Virus record (IMG/VR): IMGVR_UViG_3300029305_003246
Location: 71,414 to 135,413 of that record
DNA: 64,000 bases
Strand: one strand, 5' to 3'
Source of the DNA: a virus
Lineage: Duplodnaviria > Caudoviricetes
Every line of letters starts with the position of its first letter. The first letter of the stretch is position 1. The notes beneath the pieces are model-generated. The model saw nothing but the letters and a program-made list of their open reading frames with translations, had not been told where the DNA came from and did not search any database. Both the position numbers and the translations under genes were made by a program. Positions 10,901 to 18,970 of this stretch are shown here, piece after piece.

Positions 10901-11725
10901 TTAAATGTGAACGAGTGGAAAGTCAATAATGTTAAAGAATTACATTATACATTCGCAGGTTGTTCTGCATTAACTACTTTAGATTTAAATAATTGGAATA
11001 TTGAAAATGTTGAAAGTATAAACTACACATTCTATGATTGCAAATCTTTATTAAGTTTAAATATAGCATCTTGGAATACAAGCAAAGTTACTACTCTACA
11101 AGGAGCATTCTATAACTGTATTAATCTAATCGACTTAGATGTTTCCGAATGGGATACTCGACAAGTTATAAGTCTATATTATACATTTGCAGGTTGTTCT
11201 GCATTGACAAGTATTGACTTAAGAAAATGGGATATAGGAAATGTTAATACATTATACTATACATTCTCTAGTTGTTCATCTTTAGTAAATCTTGATTTAT
11301 CAACTTGGGACGTGACTAATGTTGAAACTATAGCATATACATTCTATGCATGTACAAACTTAACTAATCTTAATATTTATAATTGGAATATAAATAGAGT
11401 AGCATCTACAGCATATTGTTTCTATAATTGCAAGAAATTAGAGTCTTTAGATTTATCAACTTGGGATTTAGACGATACTGAACTTGCTCAAGATATGCTT
11501 TATGGATGCGAAAGTCTTACAAATATTGAGCCACCATCTAACTTAATGGTATCTCATGGATTATCTACTTCAATTTTATTATCTAAAGAAAACATACTTC
11601 GTTGGATTAACAAGTTACCTTCAGTGAATACTGAAGTAATATTAACTTTAGGTCAAACATTACGAAATAAACTTACTGATGAAGAGTTATTAGTTGCTAT
11701 TAATAAAGGATGGTCGATAATATGA
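4916..11725 (+). CDS. giant multidomain adhesin/RBP: Ig-like + LamG + CotH-kinase-like + LRR + PKD + BspA/DUF285 repeats
   Basis: IKDVRVYNRVLS (LamG); QGTSS…KNF, NGFPC, DSLGKNM…YDADTSIG (CotH-like); ISWGDG (PKD); about 19 26-aa xxTFxxCxxLxxLDLSxWxxxNV repeats; start GTG 4916 after TAGGAGG. Confidence 0.75.
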   Translation: MGVIRKRNPETGEWEVYGSSDAKDINLVDVGDNFKTKNVEGALREISTQISEAKASLEAYNNILTEHSTDIQWLKLYGGSGGGSSPTITSTFKDCIVSREEDVKIPIFFSSPNLGEGTAYVLIDNVEVMSVTGIKQGNNTINIGKLTNLNNEISIYVKDRTNALSNQLTWNVIAGGIDLEVTFDDTSDYFITDIIAMQFNISSASDEPILMHLTVDYDTYEVVCNQGFNEYIFENLGVGIHKISFYFTSGPYSTSVTNYNIIVVSSNSLYISSTFINGTAFKYGIPVPVQYRISKNSSEVFTVNMFIDGTLSKTVECTPGTYYWTINNLEVGTHDLTIEVSGANDETQVLDFSVVIEVSDYIPLKVETGGLLYRLSAKGRTNQDSDRELPIDNSGNNVITTLHNFNFYTNGWIDDELVCDGNAYVEIDLKPWENNALYGSTIEVQFTGLDIGLSDARIFDYTDVDDPYKGIFIDLENSKMKSLANTGEITLDKDEETTLTFVIDRANKFGKIYIDGICSRAFSLSDTGSGTNAVREDFTHSQKIYLNSKKGLSNFGACKIKDVRVYNRVLSDDEIVKNYISQVSDLAKQEELYNFNFHNTSLPTIRMYGDMTNMTLETPVSMRIKYTSPNEDKYGMSFDLPFCQVNWQGTSSLQYVLKNFTARLKDESLNTFEYTPYPNGILEDVYCFKCDYMESTHSRNVGIAKFVNDCVYDTKNPMQVKDPNIRNAVNGFPCILYINDELQGIYNFNLDRYSTKSFGYVDENSTLVYEVSANSDTTAGAFFSWSEGSGKTELDYYKSDFECLYPPTRAAGNDNMSELIRLIQWVDNSSDEDFKDNFGNYFNLEYVLRYYLTVLVFGLVDSLGKNMKLTSFDRGLTWMPQVYDADTSIGLDNTGFLKFDADIEMGDQNVFNTTGSRLWQRVVFLFQAELQEQYALMRQDRFTVDNIMKYLYGEQISQIPATYYNKDMQSKYLNFGSSYLYALHGSGEKHIRKWIRERIMYCDTLLKYQVSSSDYITLRSSKLGYVYLDIQTYIPMYVSVKWRDEVNNTGLQTKRVGRGETVRFEYNMPTATDQEIIVYAGYYLKSLGDVSNLQPTSMLIANASRLTEIECHSPNLINTDLSECTKLQSIDLSDCTALGTGIGAQPILNIQNCKYLRKCDCRNTQLTAIYTMQAGGNLEEIYYPSTIQVIQLTNQKHLRIAGVPRDAHAPKALAQVEITNCNNIEYLQYPYTEGEEIVFESFKYLQTLLIENSLDKLKTMSFKGFSKLKSVELSSLLSLEELDFEDMLPSTDEPTLQNILISNCPRVKDLSFKVSSDDYKIAFLPNGRVDIGGMYSLEKIECNTDIIGLDTLIIPTSLKELRFTDKFGTGKNDIKSIWSSSANHTSDGFVGMDLLDINLTYLDMSNSTIERGINFHISPIDQHPNLNTNRDGIKVPYFIPEGSMDLTNYEGDVEYLYKGLDFSKLKITTPPNVNTFIHSITGLFEGAKFSKSIIDVNKELAKYPNVSNWSNLFKNSVSDLEPSDVNIPIDRPMVLTSMFENTSVTQDIEIPSNVINVDSMFKNCKSMKKYKDNWDKTFDSKISHIDTYKDTGNDKIVPLSWGGQGYVTKYISEIAIEIPYNNYEFTLTDYPEFHIVGDRIISWGDGTEEILTDSYTHTYSKRGKYIISGNFLLGNNYEPSASMKECLTEVRSLAKVNPNLSYAFMGCSALKYLDCDTSHVTSLAYAFYQCSTLTELDLSMWKVDNVTSLYYTFHSCSALEKLDLTGWNIKNVNTMRNTFYGCVSLTSLDIGHWDVSKVKSMYYTFYNCKSLKRLDLSKWDTRLVEDIRACFQNCESLVELNVSDWKLDNITSLFYTFAGCSSLTSLDLSTWDITNVETLQGLFYNCISLRNIPIEDWNLVNVKSLYYTFYRCLGLTELDLSRWVVDNVNSLRSTFYGCSNLVTLNIGNWNTGNVTTLRSTFQNCNALENLDVSEWNVSQVEDLLYTFYNCESLTELNVNEWKVNNVKELHYTFAGCSALTTLDLNNWNIENVESINYTFYDCKSLLSLNIASWNTSKVTTLQGAFYNCINLIDLDVSEWDTRQVISLYYTFAGCSALTSIDLRKWDIGNVNTLYYTFSSCSSLVNLDLSTWDVTNVETIAYTFYACTNLTNLNIYNWNINRVASTAYCFYNCKKLESLDLSTWDLDDTELAQDMLYGCESLTNIEPPSNLMVSHGLSTSILLSKENILRWINKLPSVNTEVILTLGQTLRNKLTDEELLVAINKGWSII
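10010..11530 (+). repeat. about 19 tandem 26-aa (78-nt) BspA/DUF285-type leucine-rich repeats
   Basis: Periodic LYYTFxxCxxLxxLDLSxW units in the translation. Confidence 0.85.
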
Positions 11726-11994
11726 TAATAACTGAACAAGGAGGTTTGAGGGTGCTAACACCATCCTCAAACCGTTACCTAATAAGGGTAAAAGGAACTG
11801 ATACTTATACTGATAAAGTGTATTTAGGAAAAAACGGTAAAATAAGTAATTATGAAGAAGTTGATAAACTAACTCTAGATGGATATGATGTATATGATTT
11901 ACTACAAGAAGATATTAATAAAATAAGAGATAACTATGATAGAATAATAGTAGAGCAGGCACTACAAATAGCATTAATACAACTAACTCTATAA
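11722..11994 (+). CDS. small fibre-associated protein (XkdW-like position)
   Basis: ATGA-coupled to the giant adhesin; C-terminal short coiled coil; precedes an XkdX-like gene. Confidence 0.5.
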   Translation: MIITEQGGLRVLTPSSNRYLIRVKGTDTYTDKVYLGKNGKISNYEEVDKLTLDGYDVYDLLQEDINKIRDNYDRIIVEQALQIALIQLTL

Positions 11995-12005
11995 GGAGGG
12001 GTAAG

Positions 12006-12152
12006 ATGATTTATTCTGTACTATTAAGATGTATTGAAAGGGAAAATTATCAAAACAAAGAGGATTTCAAAGAAACTATTGCAATTCTCTTTGCTAATGG
12101 TCAATTAACTAAAGAGGAGTATGAAGAGTTAATACAATTAATAGGAGGTTAA
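12006..12152 (+). CDS. XkdX-like small protein (48 aa, not in ORF track)
   Basis: AAGGAGG RBS; MIYSVLLRCIERENYQNKEDFKETIAILFANGQLTKEEYEELIQLIGG; the GQLTxEEYxE motif is typical of XkdX-type proteins after fibre genes. Confidence 0.65.
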   Translation: MIYSVLLRCIERENYQNKEDFKETIAILFANGQLTKEEYEELIQLIGG

Positions 12153-12154
12153 AT

Positions 12155-12349
12155 ATGAAATGTGATTGTTGCAAAGAAAATATTCAGTTCAATCCAAACG
12201 AAGAATCCGTTCCTATTAACATAATAATGATTAATACTTTATTATATCAATTTTGTTCTAAGAAATGTTATGAAGAATTTATTAAGAGAATAACGTATGA
12301 AGCAAATATGGATAAAGCAGGTCATATCTCTATTAAAGGAGGTGAATAA
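12155..12349 (+). CDS. small TRASH-like zinc-finger protein
   Basis: CDCC…FCSKKC; AGGAGG RBS. Confidence 0.6.
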   Translation: MKCDCCKENIQFNPNEESVPINIIMINTLLYQFCSKKCYEEFIKRITYEANMDKAGHISIKGGE

Positions 12350-12350
12350 C

Positions 12351-12500
12351 ATGAAAGAGGTATTTAATGAAATCTTTGGTATGTTAAAAGAATTAGGAAA
12401 TGCATTATGTGAAGCAGTTAAAGAAGGTGTGAAAACTTTCAACGAGGAAATAAAAAAGTTAAAAGAAGATATAAAAGAAAGAGATAATAAGGAGGAGTAA
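12351..12500 (+). CDS. hypothetical small amphipathic protein
   Basis: AAGGAGGTG RBS before ATG 12351. Confidence 0.55.
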   Translation: MKEVFNEIFGMLKELGNALCEAVKEGVKTFNEEIKKLKEDIKERDNKEE

Positions 12501-12504
12501 ATCT

Positions 12505-12741
12505 ATGGTATTACCTACTGATAATGAAAGTAATTTAAGTTCATTCCTACATCCCATAGAGCAAAAAGTTAGAGGACGATATTTACAGTTAGTAGATAAG
12601 CATGGTGTTGGTAAGTGGGCATTTGATGAGCTTGAGTGGGAAATATATGTTAAAAATATAGATGCATACGAAGCCTTATCCGATGAAGAAAAAATAATCT
12701 TAAATAATTACATGTTTGCTTTTAGAAGTTTATACAAATAG
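12505..12741 (+). CDS. hypothetical protein
   Basis: AAGGAGG RBS; 78-aa ORF. Confidence 0.6.
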   Translation: MVLPTDNESNLSSFLHPIEQKVRGRYLQLVDKHGVGKWAFDELEWEIYVKNIDAYEALSDEEKIILNNYMFAFRSLYK

Positions 12742-12756
12742 GCGAAATCTAGCCAT

Positions 12757-12792
12757 CAACCTCACTTGGTATATATTATACTGAGGAGGTTG
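12757..12792 (+). promoter_or_regulatory. RBS-sequestering hairpin upstream of lysis cassette
   Basis: CAACCTC(12757-63) pairs with GAGGTTG(12786-92); TTGGTATA pairs with TATACTGA (2 G-U pairs); covers the SD GAGGAGGT. Confidence 0.6.
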
Positions 12793-12799
12793 TTATTTT

Positions 12800-13099
12800 A
12801 TGAATGAAGAAAAAACTCAAGAGCTTTTACTTCAGCTGATAAGGGATATGTCGTATGTAAAAGCTAAATTAGATAACATAGACGAACAGAAAATATCAAG
12901 TAGAGTCGATGCATTAGAGGCTCAATGCAAAGAACATGATAGAATAATTAAGGCTTTAGAGAATAGAGCCAATACCATGGAACAATTTACTAGAAATAAC
13001 ATGGTGGATGCTAAAAAGCAACAAACTTCAGTATTTATATCTATGGGACTTGCAGTATTCTCAGGAATTATAAGTCTTTTATTAACGTTTTTAAAATAA
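12800..13099 (+). CDS. XhlA-like/holin-associated protein (coiled coil + C-terminal TM)
   Basis: Coiled coil followed by a single hydrophobic C-terminal helix; directly upstream of the endolysin. Confidence 0.65.
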   Translation: MNEEKTQELLLQLIRDMSYVKAKLDNIDEQKISSRVDALEAQCKEHDRIIKALENRANTMEQFTRNNMVDAKKQQTSVFISMGLAVFSGIISLLLTFLK

Positions 13100-13121
13100 T
13101 TTTCAAAGAGGTGATAGTACA

Positions 13122-13904
13122 ATGATGAACTACAAATTAACTGAGGCTAGAATAGGTTCAGCTCAAGTTATAGTTGATATACTTCCAAAAGGCAAAGTCA
13201 TTCCTAATACTTCTATTAAACCGACTAGTATAACTATCCATAACACTGGTAATATAGGAGCTCCAGCTAGTAACAACCATAAATATATGGCTAATCTTAA
13301 CAAGAATGGTGGCCGTACAGCAAGTTGGCATTTTACTGTTGACGATAAATTTATTTACCAAGCAGTCCCTACTAATATGAAGGCATGGCATGCAGGTACA
13401 GCAGCAGGAAATAATTCTTCTATAGGTATCGAAATATGTATGTTTAACGATGCCGAACGTCAGAAACAATGTTATCTAAATGCAATAGCACTTGTAAAAA
13501 TTTTAATGAGTTATCATGGATTTACTACAAGTAAAGTTAAAAGACACAAAGATTGGTCAGGTAAAGATTGTCCTACATGGCTAATCAGTGGAAAATTCGG
13601 ATATACTTGGAATTGGTTTATACAATCTTGCAGTGGCACATCCGTTCCTAATGTAACCACAACTAAACAAAACACGTCAAAATCTGTTCCAAATGGTGCT
13701 TTAAATAAAAAGGGTAAGGTCACAGCATCCTCTTTAAATGTTAGAAAAGGTAGACCAGGTTCGAAAGAATATAATACTATCTTAAAATCACTTCCAAAAG
13801 GAACTATAGTAACAGTCAGCTATGTTTTGGATGGTTGGGGTTCTATTTACATTACAGGTGCCAACCCAGGATTTATTTCTCTTCAGTATATTGAATTTAT
13901 TTAA
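13122..13904 (+). CDS. endolysin: N-acetylmuramoyl-L-alanine amidase (Amidase_2, XlyA/CwlA-like) + SH3b
   Basis: ITIHNT, SWHFTVDD, AWHAG, SIGIEIC, HKDWSGKDCP; C-terminal ASSLNVR…GW SH3b. Confidence 0.92.
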   Translation: MMNYKLTEARIGSAQVIVDILPKGKVIPNTSIKPTSITIHNTGNIGAPASNNHKYMANLNKNGGRTASWHFTVDDKFIYQAVPTNMKAWHAGTAAGNNSSIGIEICMFNDAERQKQCYLNAIALVKILMSYHGFTTSKVKRHKDWSGKDCPTWLISGKFGYTWNWFIQSCSGTSVPNVTTTKQNTSKSVPNGALNKKGKVTASSLNVRKGRPGSKEYNTILKSLPKGTIVTVSYVLDGWGSIYITGANPGFISLQYIEFI

Positions 13905-13935
13905 GAGTAGAACCTAGGTTCTACTCTTTATTTTT
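13903..13935 (+). terminator. intrinsic terminator / perfect inverted repeat
   Basis: AAGAGTAGAACC-TA-GGTTCTACTCTT then T-rich tail. Confidence 0.7.
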
Positions 13936-13970
13936 ATATCAAGTCATTCAAATTATAGGAGATGATTAAT

Positions 13971-14429
13971 ATGAAAAAGAAAGCTAAGAAAAGAAGGAAA
14001 ATAAATTGGAGTAAAAGATTGAGCAATAAAGTATTCTTAATGTCTTTAGTATCTACGATATTACTATTGATTACTCAATTAAATTTATTCCCTATACCAG
14101 AAAATCTTGAGGCAATTATAAATTCTGTACTTACCTTATTGGCACTAGGTGGAGTACTTGTTGACCCAACTACTGATGGAATGTGGGATAGCGATATGGG
14201 ATTATCTGATGAAACTTCTTATGAACACGATTCTATTATGTTTGAAAATGCAGGACGTAGATTAGCATCTTTGGATGGATTAACTGATAAATTAGACGAA
14301 ATTGGAATATCTGAATATTTTAATTATGAAGAGTATGGCCGACAACAACTTACTAATGAAATGACTTCTTATTCTGCTTACCCAGCTGATTCTTCGTATT
14401 CTCACGAAGATAATGAACCTTTAGGATAG
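13971..14429 (+). CDS. phiLC3-family holin with long acidic C-terminal extension
   Basis: KINWSKRLSNKVF, two TM helices, GVLVDPTTDGMWDS are hallmarks of phiLC3-type holins. Confidence 0.8.
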   Translation: MKKKAKKRRKINWSKRLSNKVFLMSLVSTILLLITQLNLFPIPENLEAIINSVLTLLALGGVLVDPTTDGMWDSDMGLSDETSYEHDSIMFENAGRRLASLDGLTDKLDEIGISEYFNYEEYGRQQLTNEMTSYSAYPADSSYSHEDNEPLG

Positions 14430-14438
14430 GTGATAATT

Positions 14439-14957
14439 ATGCTTTTTAATATGGATTCGATGTATGACGCCAGTAAAAAGTTATTTGATTATTTAACTAA
14501 ATATTTTAGATATAATGCCTTTTTAATAGATGAAATTCCTACTGAATTAGTTCAAGAACTTGGTAGGGCTATACAAGCAAACGATAGGATTAAGTCTGTA
14601 CAATTATACTTAAAGATAGACGCACGCATGGACGCGATACGTGATGAACATTGTTATAATAATCCTTCACTTCCTTTTAAAAGTTCGTTCAGGAATATAG
14701 CAAAAGATGCCTTTAGGGAGCTCAAAGATTCTTGGTTAATCTACAATGATGATTTCAAATATATAGCGAGAATACTTCGCTTTATAAGTACGAGCGACTA
14801 TTATGCAATAAGAGAGTTTTTAATCAAGCGAAGTCATACAATGTATAATTACTGGGATATTCCCCTAGACCCAGATGATTTTTATTGTGGATATATTCCT
14901 TTAGAGGCCATTTTAGATTATTGTTTGAAGATGATTCGAGTTCAGCTTAAAGAATAA
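14439..14957 (+). CDS. hypothetical protein
   Basis: AGGTG RBS; about 172-aa ORF. Confidence 0.6.
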   Translation: MLFNMDSMYDASKKLFDYLTKYFRYNAFLIDEIPTELVQELGRAIQANDRIKSVQLYLKIDARMDAIRDEHCYNNPSLPFKSSFRNIAKDAFRELKDSWLIYNDDFKYIARILRFISTSDYYAIREFLIKRSHTMYNYWDIPLDPDDFYCGYIPLEAILDYCLKMIRVQLKE

Positions 14958-14964
14958 ATTCGTT
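14940..14964 (+). promoter_or_regulatory. putative phage promoter GTTCA-N16-CGTT
   Basis: Exact motif and spacing; not inside a hairpin. Confidence 0.65.
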
Positions 14965-15000
14965 CTTATAATTACAAATAATATTAAGGAGGTAATTCCT

Positions 15001-15354
15001 ATGGCTATAAAAAGAGAAGATGTTATGAAATTAGATAAAAATTTAATGCATTCACTTGATTTTGACGACTCTTTATGTTTAGCATTTCAAAATGTAAGGG
15101 AAGCGATGCCTAGATTATTAAACGAATTATCTTTAGAATGGCAACTTACTTCTATGACTGAGGATGAATTAGATATTAAAACTCAAAGAATAGTTGGCAT
15201 GATGTTCAGAAGATTAACTTCTGTAATAAAATATTATTTAGATGAAGAATATATAGGTGTTTACGAAGCAAATTATAATTATCTAGAATCTAAATACTGC
15301 GAAGCTTTGTATGACACTATTTTTACAGAAACTTATAATTTAAGGGAGTATTAA
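15001..15354 (+). CDS. hypothetical protein
   Basis: AAGGAGG RBS. Confidence 0.65.
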   Translation: MAIKREDVMKLDKNLMHSLDFDDSLCLAFQNVREAMPRLLNELSLEWQLTSMTEDELDIKTQRIVGMMFRRLTSVIKYYLDEEYIGVYEANYNYLESKYCEALYDTIFTETYNLREY

Positions 15355-15379
15355 GAATATTTGAAGAGGAGGAGTGAAA

Positions 15380-15523
15380 ATGAAAGTTAGATGTATAGAG
15401 GCAGTATCAGTATTACTTGAGGAAGGTAAGGTTTACAATGCAGTTCTTATACAAAATAACTTTGTTCTATTAGAGGATTTTCCTTTCAACCATTTTAATA
15501 TGAAATACTTTGAATTATTGTAA
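15380..15523 (+). CDS. small hypothetical protein (47 aa, not in ORF track)
   Basis: GAGGAGGAG RBS; MKVRCIEAVSVLLEEGKVYNAV… (KVRCI…LxEGKxY phage small-protein pattern). Confidence 0.6.
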   Translation: MKVRCIEAVSVLLEEGKVYNAVLIQNNFVLLEDFPFNHFNMKYFELL

Positions 15524-15529
15524 TTTTAA

Positions 15530-15571
15530 GAAGGTTGGTCATTTTGTATATCACAAGTGACCAACTTTTTT
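15530..15571 (+). terminator. intrinsic terminator
   Basis: AAGGTTGGTCATTTTGT…ACAAGTGACCAACTTT followed by T-run. Confidence 0.7.
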
Positions 15572-15602
15572 ATGGTCAATTTCTAAAGAAAGGAGTAGAT
15601 TT

Positions 15603-16462
15603 ATGGATAAAAAATATATGCTTGAACTTGATTTGGTTGTAGGTTTATTCAATCCTAAAATGCGATTCAACCAAGGCGATAAAGATACTTCGGATTTTTA
15701 TATAAAACTTACTAAAAATGGTGAAGTTATTGAAAATCTAAATAGAGCTATGGTCACTTTAGTAGCAATCAAACCCGACAAATCGGTTGAGGCTCAATTT
15801 ATTGAGGTAAATAATGGCTTAATATATGCCGATTTAAAACGTTGTATGAGAGACCAAGTTGGTATCTATAGAGCTAGAGCGATGATAATCGTTGAAGGTG
15901 AATCTATAATGACGGATATGATAAAATATCAAGTAGATGACGATGGTTATATAGATGACCCAGATGATAATGTTAATGATAGTATTGCTTTAGGTAAACT
16001 AGAAGAACTTCTTAAAAAGATAGAAGCGATAGAAACTTCGTCTAAAGAACGTTTAGAGTTGTTTGATTCTCAATTAGATTTACTTAATACACGCCAAGAC
16101 TTATTCGACGAACGTTTATCTATGCTTAATGATAAAGTAAACAATCTAAAGCCAGGAACAGGCTCAAGTGGAAGTTCTCATACACATTCTAATAAACATG
16201 TATTAGACCAAATTACTCAAGAACTTATAGATGCCATTGGTTCTGCTCAAGTTGATTTAAGTGCTTATCAAACGAAGCGAGATACTAAGTTAGCAACTGA
16301 CGATAAATCGATAGTCGGTGCTATAAATGAAGTTTATAAGAGGTTAGATGATTATATAAATCGCTCTTATGATTCTGAAAGCGAAGAATTAATGATTTCT
16401 GAATTTAGCGAGTTAATATATAATCCAGACGACGAAAGTCTAGAGATAGGAGGTCTTAATTA

Positions 16463-16463
<1 letters not shown>
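15603..16463 (+). CDS. BppU-like N-terminal domain fibre/baseplate-upper protein
   Basis: FNQGDKDT…LVAIKPD…QVG.Y N-terminus; coiled coil; HTHSNK and ATDDKSIVGAINE fibre motifs. Confidence 0.65.
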
Positions 16464-17710
<1,247 letters not shown>

Positions 17711-17775
17711 AATTGTTATATTCATAGAGAGTGTTCAATTAGAACACTCTAGTATTTAGCAAAGGAGGTTTGTAA

Positions 17776-18924
17776 ATGAGCAATAATTACTTCGGTAAGG
17801 GTATACCATTGGCATCAGGTTTTGACCTTGGAGCTAAAGCACCTTTGGATTCTCGTATAAAGGTTAAAACTATTGCAGAAAGGGATGCCCACGTAACTAA
17901 TAACCGAGCATACGAAGGTATGCGAGTTTTCGTTATTGACGAAGGCAAAGAGTATAGATATAACGGTTCTGAATGGGAGTTTATGCCTTCTGAATCTGAT
18001 GTACAACTTATGATTGCCGAAGCTCAATTTAGTGGTGGCGATATAGATTTAAGCAACTTAGCAACTAAAGACGAGCTAGATGAAAAAGCGAACTTATCTG
18101 ATATTCCTACAAAAGTCAGTGATTTAGAAAACGATTTAAACTATCTAGTTAAGGAAGAAGGAAAATCTCTACTAGATGATACTGAAATCGAACGTTTAGC
18201 GACTCTAGAAAATTATGATGATACTGACCTTAGAAATGAATTAAATAGCAAAGTAGATTTAAGCTATGTACAACAAAACTTTGCAGATAAGTCCTTCGAG
18301 CACGAGCATGATAACTTAGTAGATTTAAATTCTATTACATCTGAAAGAATTGAATCTTGGGATAATAAATCTGATTTTGATGGTAATTATAGCAGTTTAA
18401 TTGGTGCACCTTCTATACCAAACAAAGTTAGTGAATTATCAAATGATTTGAGTTTCATAACTGAGGAAGTTCTAAATTCAAAGGGTTACTTAACTGAGCA
18501 TCAAGACTTATCTCATTTGGCTACTAAAGAGGAGTTACATTCTCATTCTAATTATGAGGTATTAAACTCAATTACCCTTGAAAAATTATCTGAATGGGAT
18601 AGTAAGTCCGACTTTGATGGAAGCTATACTTCTTTAACTAACAAGCCAGAAATTCCTTCAAAAGTTAGTAACCTTGAAAATGACTTAAGTTTTGCAACTG
18701 AGGCATTTGTTCAAAATAAAATCGCCGAGGCTCAATTAGACCAAGGTGGCGAAGTAGACTTAAGTGGCCTAGCAACTAAAGATGAGTTAAATGCTAAAAT
18801 GGATAAATTTGATTTATCTATATATGCAACTCAAGAATACGTTGAGGAACGTATAAATAATCACGACCATAATATTATATCAAACAATGAAGTCGACTCT
18901 TTCGTTGACGATTTATTTTTATAA
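17776..18924 (+). CDS. fibre segment protein (paralog of 1791 N-terminus; IPxKVSxLxND repeats)
   Basis: Repeated KSDFDGxYxSL and IPSKVSNLEND motifs typical of Bacillota phage fibres. Confidence 0.7.
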   Translation: MSNNYFGKGIPLASGFDLGAKAPLDSRIKVKTIAERDAHVTNNRAYEGMRVFVIDEGKEYRYNGSEWEFMPSESDVQLMIAEAQFSGGDIDLSNLATKDELDEKANLSDIPTKVSDLENDLNYLVKEEGKSLLDDTEIERLATLENYDDTDLRNELNSKVDLSYVQQNFADKSFEHEHDNLVDLNSITSERIESWDNKSDFDGNYSSLIGAPSIPNKVSELSNDLSFITEEVLNSKGYLTEHQDLSHLATKEELHSHSNYEVLNSITLEKLSEWDSKSDFDGSYTSLTNKPEIPSKVSNLENDLSFATEAFVQNKIAEAQLDQGGEVDLSGLATKDELNAKMDKFDLSIYATQEYVEERINNHDHNIISNNEVDSFVDDLFL

Positions 18925-18970
18925 TTCTAAATCATATAGAAAACTAATATAGAAAGGTGATGTTTAAATA

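Noticed and set aside
13962-13973. Holin dual-start (Met1/Met4) holin-antiholin motif
   Set aside because: The first ATG directly abuts the AGGAG RBS and is unlikely to initiate; ATG 13971 is the plausible sole start.
17728-17752. GTTCA inside the hairpin AGAGTGTTC-aatta-GAACACTCT as another promoter copy
   Set aside because: No CGTT box at 16-17 nt and no U-tract; at most a stability hairpin.
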